Below are positions 14,601 to 25,660 of a DNA stretch of 64,000 nucleotides, piece by piece; positions within the stretch are counted from its first letter, which is position 1, and every line of letters begins with the position of its first letter. Source of the DNA: Lingula anatina (Eukaryota > Animalia > Brachiopoda); the NCBI GenBank assembly GCA_051362555.1, contig CM120640.1:40588788-40652787 (forward strand), written 5' to 3'. Position numbers and translations under genes: made by a program. The notes beneath the pieces are model-generated. The model did not search any database. It saw only the letters and a program-made list of their open reading frames with translations, and had not been told where the DNA came from.

Positions 14601-17600
14601 AGGAGGCAGTTATTTCTCTATCTGGTATGTAATGGTCACCAGAGATCATAGGCCCTGGGCTGGAACAGTCCACTGGAAAAAATTGTCATTCTTGTGTCAT
14701 GTCATGTACTGTTTTAAATATTTCAGTTAATTCATTCATACGTAGATGTGCTCCAGCTGTTATTATTATATGTCACTTCAAAATAATTTATTAGGAAGTA
14801 AAAATACAAAGACATTACTTTCTGAACTTTAAATCAACAATACAGCACATCAGAAGTGAGATTTACTAAAGACCATATTGTATAGGCCTACAGTTCTGTC
14901 ACCTTTCCCTTACCTGGAGCTGGGGTAGTGGCAAGAGCAGGACGTGGGGTGGTTTGAAGAACTGGAAAAAGTTTAAGAAGATATTCAGATTATCCAATTT
15001 TTTTTACCTTGCACTAAATCATTCAATATTGAACTTCAACATGACTACTAGTATTAGTATCATCTAATGTTTAATAGAATTATTTTAATGCACGTTTATT
15101 TTGAACTGTAGCTGCCATAGTTAAAATTTCATCTACTAACCACTTTTTTTGCACAAGGATCTACTCCTGGAGTTACAATTGTAGTCGTTCCATTTCCCTC
15201 CTTCCTTAGTCAGAATAATAGCACAGTCTTCTCTACTTCTGAAATTATTTGGCTCCCCTGCAAGAAAAAATAGTGTGAAGAGTCATATACTGGGTATATC
15301 ATAACTTTAAATCTAAAATCTCAGTCACTGCATACTGTGAGACAGATGATGCATTTATCACTCTTAATATTATCACTACTAGTTTCCATCTGTTTGACAA
15401 AATTACTTAAGCATTTATGAATCATGAAATGTTTCATTCAGAAATAAAGCATTTTTCCATCCAAAAGTGCATGAACTGTCTAATCACTAAAATTATTTTA
15501 AGTTTACTATATGCAGATATTGAAAATAAACCAGCGACAAAAATTGACTTCATGAAATTTTAATAAACTGAGGAAACTGCCAGTATTATCAGAATAAACA
15601 CTGCTGCCACCTACCAGAATTCCAGTTGAAGTACCTAAAAGGAGAGCCATCAGACCACTCCCAGCCACCCTCTCTGTTCACATCATTGGCACCAAGCCAA
15701 AAATCGGTGCCCGTCTGCTGCGATATCAGAGCTGGAAAAGACATTTAAATTAAACAAACTGAGAACTTTTCTTTAACAAATGGACCCCTTTTTAAGTTTA
15801 AACTTCCTATTAATGACACTTGTGACTGTGATCTACAATATTTGCTTTTCAAAATGCAAAACTTGCACTGATAAAGTCAGTTGAGGACTCATCTGAATAC
15901 AGTCTTAAGTAACATCTCAATTAAACTTTCAAAGAAACTTATCAGTAATTACCTGAACAATAAATACTTGGATGAAAAAAGACAACAAGAAAACAAAATA
16001 ACATTTAAAATTTTCACTTTTCACAAATTCTAGTACATGAATACTTTCATGGATTACAAACCTGAAACATATGTCTGTTCTGTCACACTACCAATACTTA
16101 ACAGGTCACCTCCCAATGCAATACACTTTGATCGGGCCTGTGCATAGTTCTGGAGGTCATAGTTGAATTGATAGCAAAAATTCAGGTTGGATTCATAAAA
16201 CCAGCCTGCTCCACACAATGGACTCCATGGTCCTGGAGAAAATTTGATTATATTTTAATAAAATATCTTAATGCTATGAAATATAATAGTAAGTGGTCAT
16301 GACTGATTTTTCATATCATTATGATAAATATGTACATTGACTAAAATGTGTAGTATATATAAAAGCAAAATAAAAAAAATGAATGAATTACTTTAACAAA
16401 ATTTTTAAAAAGTACACAGATTACATACCTATCGAAATTATCATGGTAATGTAAAGAATAAAATGATCTACGAATTTTTCATGAAGAAGATAAATTTTCA
16501 CAATATGAGAGAAATGAATTTTTATTGAATAGAAGGCTAATGCTTACTTGTGGGTGGTGGTGTGGTGGGAGCACCAACATCTGAAAAATAACAAAGTTAA
16601 CTCAGATAAATACAATTATAAAAACAAATGTATCACTAGCTACAGGGTACTTACTAGAGAAGTAATCATTTTTCATTGTTTTTATCAAGCAGTGAAAAAT
16701 GCAAGCTATGCTTTCGTTGAGATCAAATCAAATCAATAACATTGACATACATGCTTGAGATTTGCAAATAAAGTCTCTCTTTATAGCACAGGTCTTGTCA
16801 TTCCAGGCTCCACTTTTCCCAAAAGCATTTGGTCCCAGTAGTTCAGCACAGTCTTCATTGTTCTGATTGTTGGGTTCACTCGGTGTCCACCAGTTAGTAA
16901 ATGTGGTTGTCTGTGTAGTAGAGGCAAAATACACATTTTATTATTAAACAGACTGGTTCTCTAACATTGAGATGGATTTTTAAAAGTCCATTCATTCTTT
17001 AAAATATGGTGTCAACATCAAAATATGCCAACCTCAGTGGCAAACAATTTATTCTTTATTATGTAAAGCTTGCATAAAACTTTAATTAGCTTCTATCAAA
17101 GTTAGTATATCAAACCAAATGATCCAATTTGTTGGGTCACTATGAAAGATATATCTATACTAAATCATGTTTTCTGCAAAAATAAAGGTTGCATTTTTGA
17201 TTATTTATGTTCATCAGGATTGACAGACAGACAGACAGACAGACAGACAGGCAGAACCATGGAATATACTTACTGCAGTTCCATCAACCCATTGCCATTT
17301 CTTCTCAGTCTTTATATCATCATACCCAATCCAGCTGTAACCAGTCAGATAGTCTGAAATACAATACAATACAGGAACAACTCATAAACAGTGACCCAAT
17401 CTACATAGAATTTAACAGATAATATGAACAAATTACTATTTTGGGGAGAGGTTTTAAAAAAGACCAAAAAAGGTCTGTTCAGAATCAAAATTCAATCTAT
17501 GTTCTATGCTATTTATCAATTTGGTTCATTTTTTTCAAAGACAAAGAACCCCCAACTTGAAATTGTTGGCTGTAGGCCACTGAACTAAAAAAAGGCAACC

Positions 17601-20600
17601 AAATATATATATATATATAACATATAACATTGCGACCTTATTTCCAGAATTCATCTTGTGTTTTGCTTTTCTCTCCATCAGGTTTGAATGAAAATGTGCC
17701 ATTTCCACAAATTTAAGCTTAAATTAAACTACTCACTACTGATAAATCCCTGCTCTTCTTCATCCAAGATTGAGGTCAGTGTAGCCCGCGTGCCATCTGG
17801 TGTCCTCTGGCAGTACGCGACAGCATCCTTGTAAACCTTCTCCTGCGTGACAAACAGGTAACAGTTGCCCTTGAACAGTCGCCAGTTGGGAGCACATGTC
17901 ACGTTCACTGTAACAGTGTGTATATATATAAATGTTAATTTCATTTATATTTCATGTTAAGAGTTGATCATTTAACTTTCGATCAATACATTTTATGTAT
18001 CTATTTAGTGTCTAAAAGGCACAAGTGCCTAAAAATAATTTCAATTTCTGGGAAATATTTACAGCAGCTGGGAAAAATTGCTCTGTTTAAGAAGTTATTT
18101 TAAGATACTATGGCTTATACTTATTATTCTTCTAATTTTTCTGCTTTAATTTTCCTCTAACATCAAATCAAGAGTAAAGCTATTTAGATTCTCAAATGGA
18201 TAAACTCAGTAAAATTTCAATCTGGTACATGAGAAAGAGACTATTACCTGGAGTAGCTACCAATTTTCTTGAAATTGGAATCTCACAGATGAAAGCTTTC
18301 TTATTGTAGCAATATCCAGCCGTCCACTGTGCAAATCTATTAGCTGTAAAAAATTTATTGTGAAATCTTTACCATGGGCAAATACCCAGAATACAAGTGC
18401 CTCATTGCAACTCATATGAACAGTCAAATAACAGCATTCAACAATTAATTCAAGGGATAGAACTTTTAACATATATACATATAATAATCATAAAGATTCA
18501 AGGAATTTTTTTCATTAATAGCTCAGCCATTTTAACCTCAGATCAAGTTACAATGAAAATATCCTAACCTATTCGTATGTAGGCACAGTCCTTCAAGTTT
18601 GCCACTGGCTTTGGCTGGCCATTTTCCCAGTATGGTTTATACACTGCAGCTGTCTGACTCAAGAGTGTGCCATCAGACCATTTCATTGTACTGTCAGCAG
18701 TTGTATCTAAAAAGATATCATGAAACACAACACTGATTAAATGTAATAACAAATCTAGGAATAAACATCACTTAAATTTCATAGGCAGATGATAGAAATG
18801 AGTGCCAAGACAAGAGACACTCAAGAGCTTCACATTAGGTAAACATACCAGAGAGGCCAATCCAGTAATCAGTCACCCTGGCCGTTCGCATTGGTCCAAT
18901 TAAACTCCTCATATAATTCCTTTCATTGGCACTGCAAAAGTAATAAGTAAGAAGCAATTAAGTTACCATGTCTGTTATTATGTTTACAAAGCTACCATGC
19001 ATTCTAAAACTTCTTCAGACAACTAAAAAAACAGGATAACTTATGCAATCATCCAATCAAGCCAATAAGCAAACATTAATCCATATCTTAGGCTTCGTTC
19101 ACATGCAATGTCTATTTTCTAAATTCTATTTTCTATTCGCAGCATGTCTTATGATCACGGTCTGTGCCCTTAATATCCTGCGGCGTAATTACTGGCAGCG
19201 CGAGCCAGTTACTATAAGTTACTATAAGTAACTGGCTCGCGCTGCCAGTAATTACGCGGCGGGATATTCAGGGCACAGACAGTGATCATAAGATAGCGCG
19301 AATAGAAAATAGAATTTAGAAAATAGACATTGCATGTGAACGAAGCCTTAGACTATGAGATTAAAGCAAAACAGTGAAACTTTTTTCAGTGGATGGTGTT
19401 AACAAAATTAAAGAAAATACAAACCAACACACAGACTACAGCAATACTAAATGTACATGAACCAGTGTTTAAGTAAAATAAGAGTTAATTTGATGTAGAT
19501 GTATGTTTTCCTTACGTTTCAATCTGGATAAGGGTGGAACCCTGAGCTTTGCAGAACCTATCAGCTTCTGTCCATGTCATCTGTTTTGATGTAGCAGTGT
19601 TCAGTTGGTAGCAATTACCATTCCAGCTTCTCCATCCCTTGGGACATGACCCTGAACAAGAGTGATAAACAATATGAATCACTGATTTCATATAATAGTA
19701 TGTGCAGGTACACATCTTTTCTCAAATTGTTTCGCCAATTTTTCTCAAAATGTTTCACCACACAAATATATATTAATCCTGCAAGTGACTCACATTAACA
19801 AATACAGATGATAAGGCATAAAACTTCCTCCAGTAACGAACACCTTAAAAATGTATAATTTTATCTGAGGTGGCATAACATAAAGAACCATGGTTAGGTC
19901 TATTACCTCTGGGCCGCTCACAGATGTAAGACCTTTCTACACCACAGGCATCTGTCCTCCATTTGTAATTTGATGTTCCCAGAACAAAGACACAATTGTT
20001 GCCAAGGGACCTAGTTATGTTACAAAAAGATCTGTGATTTACATAGAGCTTAAACCATATTCTGTGAGTAAGAATTATAATCATAGGACACACCAAAGAA
20101 AAGACTACACAAAGTCACACAGCTTAGTTTGACTTTTCTGAAATGTTTATGCAATGATTGCCATATTGAGAGAAGTCACCGACACCACGTACATTACTGT
20201 AAGCTGTATCAATCTATCTCAGTTCATCACTCAGCATTGTTTACTATTCCAAATTTGGGATAATTAGATTATTTCAAAACCATTCAACTTACACATTTGA
20301 AGGCTGGTTTGTATCCCACTGTCCTCTGAAAGCATTGTTGAATCCTGCTTTGTTCACCCATTTGAAAGTCATGGGTTGGGCCTGAAACTTTAAAAAAAAA
20401 TTGCCTTGAAAATAAAGTTAATCACACAACAACCATTACTAAATTTCCAAAACACGTCTTTGCACAGAATCTTATTGTAATATTGTCATGTTTTAAGTCA
20501 TACTTTTGCAACTATACAGGGTAAAAAAAGGAATAAGTGGAAATACATTTAGTGTTTACCTCCATTTTAAGTAAAAAATACTACCCCTAAGTTAAAGCAC

Positions 20601-23600
20601 ATTCTTAAAATATACACTGTCTACAACGATAACAATTTGACCTACTGAAACATATAGTGGAAATTGTTCATTCGGAAGAAGTCAGAAGAAAAGGAGAACA
20701 TGAAGAAAAAAATAGATTACATCTATGACTTATAGACCTGCTAAACTCCACCACAGGTAAAAATCAACCAATATTCCCAAGTTTACAGCTTACTTCTTTT
20801 CTATCCGAAAGCCCAAGCCAAATATTGTCATGAAGTCCACAAGAGATAGAATCAGATATAAACTTGATCTCGTTAGTGTTCTGGACCACCATCAGGTCGC
20901 CATCTTGATCCTGGCAATCCTGTCGCGCACCGTCCCAGGTTTTTGGATCTGAGAACAGTTTGTAGCACATGTTGTTGAGGAAATGCCACCCATCTTCAAT
21001 ATCACAAAACTCAACAAGATCTGAAAAAATAATGTCAAATAAGAAAGGTATATGATTTTTTTTAACATCATAAACATAAATAATAAAAATATAACATGAA
21101 TAGCTTTCTGACGAATAATCTATGCTCCTAGACCAAGTTTATTATCTTCAACTAAAAAAAGGTGCTGATTGCACAACTATTAAGAGGTTTAACAGTGACT
21201 ACAATTAGTACATTCAACTTACTGTTTTTCCTTTTGCAAATATATGGCATATTTGCATTGCAATTGCCATCATTCAACTTGCTACCACCAGTACGGTACC
21301 AATTGTGTACACAATCTTCACTCTTTTTATAGTCATCTGGCTGTCCATTTGACCACAGAGTATTTCTATAAAGACAAGTTAAAATTTGAATTTATCTTAA
21401 TTAAGACTGCTTAAACTAAGAATGACATTTGTATTGAAATGTTTAAAAAAATCAATCAAACCACTTTTGAAATAAAAGCAGTACATAAAAAAGAATACAT
21501 GGAATGAGAAAAGCTATGTTTTAAATTTAAACATGAAAGGACCAAACTTTTACTTGTGATGCACTATTTAGCTGAAAGCTGCCCGTTTACTTACAACAGA
21601 GTCTGATTGACCTTTGTCCTATCGCTCCAGACAAATGTGCCTTCCTTAGCCTTGTCATTGAGACCGAACCAGTACTCCCTTCTTTTAATGTTCAGTTGGC
21701 TGTCTATAAATGCCTGCAAAATAATAATAATAATTACATAATGGTTATACACTACGGTAATTACTCAATCTTTTCAATGGGCATTTTTTTATGATCACAA
21801 AAATAATATATCTACATAGCTGTTACTGTACAAAAAAGATTTACAGAGTAGCCTGTTTTTAAATATTTAATATACCACTCAATAGGAATGTTATAACTTT
21901 GAGAAACTATATGACTTAAAAAAATACAGTATCTCTAAATTAGAAATTTCCCACCAATGAAAAGAGTTGTGTATACAAGTACAGAATTGGTAAAAGTTAA
22001 AGAGACAATTATGGCAGTCAAAGTTACATTTTAGCCCTCCCACAATTTTTTTTCTACAGAAAAATAAGTAAAAGAGTTTATAAACAATACAACTCCCTTC
22101 TGAATTGCAAAAACACTGATCCACCATTTCAAGGAGTTTTAATGATTGTACAGTATACCAATATTGACTGGCAAAGGCCACCTAACACTTAATTAGCTTG
22201 TTATAACCAGAAGCTGGAATAGTTGAGGATGCTGTAGTTTACTACAGCAATGACAAAAAGACATATTTTAGTGAAACTACTAGTCTTCTCTTTATAACAT
22301 CATCTGTAGTTCACGTGTAGTTTATCTGTAGTTCTTAAAACATTGCTGAAATCACATAGGAATAGTAGTCTTGGTCAGTCTGCTGTCATTCATAGGGACT
22401 GCAGCCTGTTCCAAAGAAGGATCATTTTAAGTTTTACTTCTAATTAGATTGAAAAGGCCGTCCAAGCCGTGTCTTCGTACTGATGTTGATTCCCTTCCGC
22501 AGGGCATTTAGTGGTGCAAACTCCACTCCAAGAAATGCCTTTGAACTCCATAATTGGAGAACTAGTGTCACACTTGCCATGTAGTTCAAAACACCGTACT
22601 CCTGAACAGTTATCAAAACACTATACTAAGTGCTGAATAAATGTTTTAAAATAGGCCTACTAGTAGTATTGTATGCTGCGCGAATTTCAAATATTGGCTA
22701 AATATTTGGGAGAAAAATAAAGGCAAATTAACGGCGCATTTCAACGTCTATGTCTAGCACGAAAATTCATGCGTTAGCACTCCTATTGACGATTCTGATA
22801 TGTACTGTCTGTGCTAACAGTAGGCCTACATATCAGAATCGTCAATAGGAGTGCTAACGCATGAATTTTTGTTCTACGTCTATGTCGTGCGCATGCCCAG
22901 CAACTTCATCAGGAAACGATAAACCATACCCACGTGCCACAAAATTCTAAAAATATATTAATTATTAAGAACGTCTCTGTATGTTGCCATTTGTAGTTAT
23001 ACAAGTAGAATTGAAATGGTTTAGAACTAACATACTTCGTCCAGATAAAAATTAAGTCAACGCCACAGAATAGGGATTTTGAAATCGTTTTCGATACTTT
23101 CTTTGATACCACATCAATGTCACCTTCACACTTTCCGTTAAAACAGATTAAAATGTATTGGCCTAAAACTACATCAGGTTTTAAAACTGTTATCATTATG
23201 TGCGTGATAGCGACAATTTCGACAACTAATCACAGTGTTTTAAAGATGGCACAGTCAAATATTTTAGATGATAATCAGCCGAGCTCTATTTCTTAAACAA
23301 AAAATAATAAAATAAAATAAAATAAATTAAATTAAATAATAATCCCGTTAACTATCGAAGTTTTACAGGCCTACTTCATATTGATAGATTTACTGTAAAC
23401 ATTGAGCGTGAGTTTTGTTTATCATAGGTAGTTGCCCATATCTTCGTAATTATGAAAAAATAAGCAGTAAATGACAGTATTTCAGTTAAGATAAATGACT
23501 CAAAAATCCATAAAGAAATCAACTTTCACAAATTTGAAGTCCATTGATACAGTAGGCCTCTGTAGGCCTCTAGATGTGCAGGTTTTGCGTATAATAAGGC

Positions 23601-25660
23601 ATACTCTCTAAAATATCTGTCATGAATTTATTTAAAGTATTTGAAATTAAAACAAAATTCAACAATGATGTACAATATCACCCGTCTGTAAACATTGGTT
23701 TTGGATAATAGTGACAATGGCACTGTTACATTCAGTGTAAATACTGGCCTGTACAGGAATGTAGACACTTGATAACCCCCCTCCCTCCCCCCACAGTGAT
23801 AACAACGCGGTCATTAATTAATACCAACTTGGATGTTCATGAAGTTAATATATAACAACCTACAAATATGCTTTCACGTTTCATTTCCCGTTTTTAATCG
23901 CATTATCGTTTCGTAAGGGGGCAACTAGAACCCCGAGTTTTAGCGTCCCAAAGGTCACCGTTTCAGTTCTAGTACGGAGCAGGTGTGTTGAAAATATTCC
24001 ACGGACTAAACAAAGAAAAACACCCAAATAACATTGCAGTCACAGATATCTTCGCCAAGAAAAATATCAAACATGATCGCACAAGACGATACAGTAGTCT
24101 TTCATATTGTTTTCATCGACAGCCTTATTCTTGATATTATCGTGCAAATGTAATAGAAGCCAACTTACCCACTCGTCCGCGTTTGCAACACTGGCCAAGT
24201 TGCCTTGCCTTCCCCTGCATACAGCGTTCGCATCATTCCAGTTCCACACAGCGTCACTGAAGTAGTAGCAGAATCTGCCGTAGCCGACCCATCCCTTCGG
24301 ACATTTGAAGTCCTGAGCGGATGCTTAAAATGTCATTCATAAGACGTAAAATCATTGTGGTGTTCATAAATTATAAGCGGCTGTTATATTTCACTGCTTT
24401 GGGGAAAAATGGAAATAAAAACATTATGATAAAAAATTATGGACAAAAAATTACACACTATATTCAGTCAACTTATCTTGTTTTTGTGATCAGACCATGA
24501 CCTGTAAGTCAGTCGCTGAATTAAGTGGGAGGAAACCCTGTACATACTGAACTGATATTGATAGATAAAATTAAACAGACAGGTGAATGATACAAGGGAG
24601 GGGGAGGGGGTGAGACTGGACGCCTTGATATCTGTTCGAACAATAGCACGAAATTATCATTTGGGGGTTAAAAATGAAGAAGTGATTATTTTAAGGCATT
24701 TTAAACCTCTTTGAAAGAATTGGAGGACGATTGTCAACACAAGCAAGTTGTCATATGTAGAGCTACAGTATTGGGGATTAAATTCGGAATAATTATTTCA
24801 CGCCCGACCCTTTGAATTTCATTCTCCCTGTCCTTTAAGTAAGCAATTAATTACTTGTGTTTGTGAACATCACTTTTCTTGCCATACATAATTCTAAACA
24901 TTGGACGAAAGTTTGTTCTTAACTATCAGGACGAAGAGTCGCTCTTTTATTTAGAAATTTCAAGCCGTTTTATAGACATCACAAAAATATTGATGTTTTA
25001 TAAGGTAATGTTCGTCTAAGAAGTTAAGACAAAAGAGTTTAAATAGCTAACGCCGCACAAGTTATTTTGTTTGACATATTCGGGGCTAATATAAAATAAA
25101 ATATAAGTAATGGATATTTTAATAAACTTAAAAGTTTAGAGATACCGAACGCACAAAAGAAGGAAGAAATAAGAAGTGACTATCAAAATAATAACAAAAA
25201 TTATAATAATACTATTTTGTGAAGCCTATGGAAAAAGTTTTGCATATGGTCAAATGTGTGTGAAATACATATTGCTGAATATATTTTGCCCCCTTTTAAG
25301 GCTATAGAGAAATCTGCAGGAAACACTCGTCTTGGCCGAGGGGAAACAGCTGTAAGCGCTAATTGCCAAAAGTATTTACAGAAGCAATTTCCAATAAATC
25401 ATTTTAAAACTCGTGTTATGTATTAGTATAGGCGCACTGGTGTATATATTGTCTTTTCGTTGAAAATCATTTGTAAACATATGTAAAACTCGACAGATTG
25501 CATTACATCACCCGCATATACTAATTCGCTAGCGGTTTTTCCATGTTGCAATGCGCTCGCAGAGCATATTCAACTATTCTAGTCTTATCATTCTTAAAAC
25601 AAGTAAAAATATCAGAAACTCACCTGCGCTGATCAGCAGAACAGCTAAGAGAAACTTCAT
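29..25660 (-). CDS. Giant multi-domain C-type lectin (mannose-receptor-like mosaic: SP, 5xCTLD, 3xF5/8C with nested FAMeT, WSC, 6xCTLD, LCCL); 3' end lies beyond the left edge
   Basis: 52 phase-consistent GT-AG exons in transcript order: 25624-25660, 24169-24323, 21595-21713, 21223-21365, 20794-21020, 20293-20381, 19907-20010, 19516-19651, 18849-18931, 18569-18706, 18248-18343, 17737-17907, 17274-17353, 16751-16910, 16548-16580, 16062-16232, 15615-15731, 15141-15257, 14914-14961, 14544-14672, 14005-14185, 13531-13796, 13024-13229, 12591-12732, 11783-11956, 11228-11364, 10936-11080, 10376-10557, 9978-10121, 9567-9705, 9206-9330, 8844-9000, 8408-8587, 7929-8083, 7480-7596, 7191-7306, 6841-6995, 6319-6521, 5762-5892, 5441-5499, 5045-5212, 4572-4616, 4175-4350, 3806-3873, 3266-3393, 2756-3022, 2337-2506, 2021-2120, 1475-1731, 1083-1245, 704-767, 29-119. 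Sum 7164 nt = 2388 codons. N-terminus MKFLLAVLLISAASA-QDFKCPKGW is a signal peptide. Repeated CTLD motifs (CY, WIGL, W.DG, EPN/QPD, WND..C). Confidence 0.9.
1083..8587 (-). other. Second CTLD array (CTLD6-11)
   Basis: Six CTLDs with site motifs QPD/WDD, QPD/WYD, EPN/WND, EPN/WND, EPN/WND, EPS/WSD, several separated by Pro/Thr-rich linkers. Confidence 0.88.
5896..5946. repeat. (AAT)17 microsatellite
   Basis: Direct read; abuts the splice acceptor at 5893-5895. Confidence 0.95.
8844..9330 (-). other. WSC carbohydrate-binding domain (2 exons)
   Basis: YMGCFNDKQTDRDL...C...C..GYVYAALQGGNMCLCGNSY...C...C......CGG....SVW follows the WSC cysteine pattern. Confidence 0.88.
11629..11673. repeat. (ATT)15 microsatellite
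   Basis: Direct read, intronic. Confidence 0.95.
12126..12472. mobile_element. Non-autonomous DNA transposon with TTAA TSD (Kolobok-like MITE)
   Basis: TTAA(12122-12125)-AGGGATAATAACT ... AGTTGTTATCCCT-TTAA(12473-12476): 13-bp TIR with one mismatch. TTAA TSD with purine-purine termini is the Kolobok signature. Confidence 0.65.
13531..14185 (-). other. FAMeT-like (Methyltransf_FA) domain, 2 exons
   Basis: F.VKTCRAAYVALS...YEIVI.......TVIR.....TPTVLNCNTFQAFWLSWDGGHIKLGSG....(YADP) matches the FAMeT-domain pattern (F.V.A..DA...L, YE..IG, IR, L...E...FWI.W..G.I.VG). Confidence 0.75.
17222..17249. repeat. (GACA)7 microsatellite
   Basis: Direct read, intronic. Confidence 0.95.
19091..19347. mobile_element. 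PIF/Harbinger-type MITE, near-perfect 257-bp palindrome
   Basis: TTA(19088-19090)-GGCTTCGTTCACATGCAATG ... CATTGCATGTGAACGAAGCC-TTA(19348-19350). Arms about 120 bp with a 13-nt loop. 3-bp TTA TSD and GGC termini fit PIF/Harbinger. Confidence 0.85.
22755..22876. mobile_element. 122-bp foldback MITE with 10-bp TSD (Mutator-like)
   Basis: Perfect 43-bp inverted arms 22762-22804 / 22827-22869 extend with two mismatches to TAG...CTA termini. CGTCTATGTC is repeated directly at 22745-22754 and 22877-22886. Confidence 0.75.

Larger units (their letters stand above)
9567..14672 (-). other. Three tandem F5/8 type C (discoidin) domains
   Basis: Each shows C...ASS...H.P...(A/S)(R/L)L, W...(Q/E/H)(W/Y)IQ, TQGR, F.(A/G)N.D.NT.V, (A)..VRL.P and R(W/F)(E/D)..GC. 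Confidence 0.9.
15141..24323 (-). other. First CTLD array (CTLD1-5)
   Basis: Five CTLDs with site motifs QPD/LND, QPS/WRT, QPK/WTA, EPN/WND, EPN/WND. Confidence 0.88.

Noticed and set aside
22909-23196. 95-aa intronic ORF
   Set aside because: No recognisable motif and not needed for the phase-consistent lectin model.
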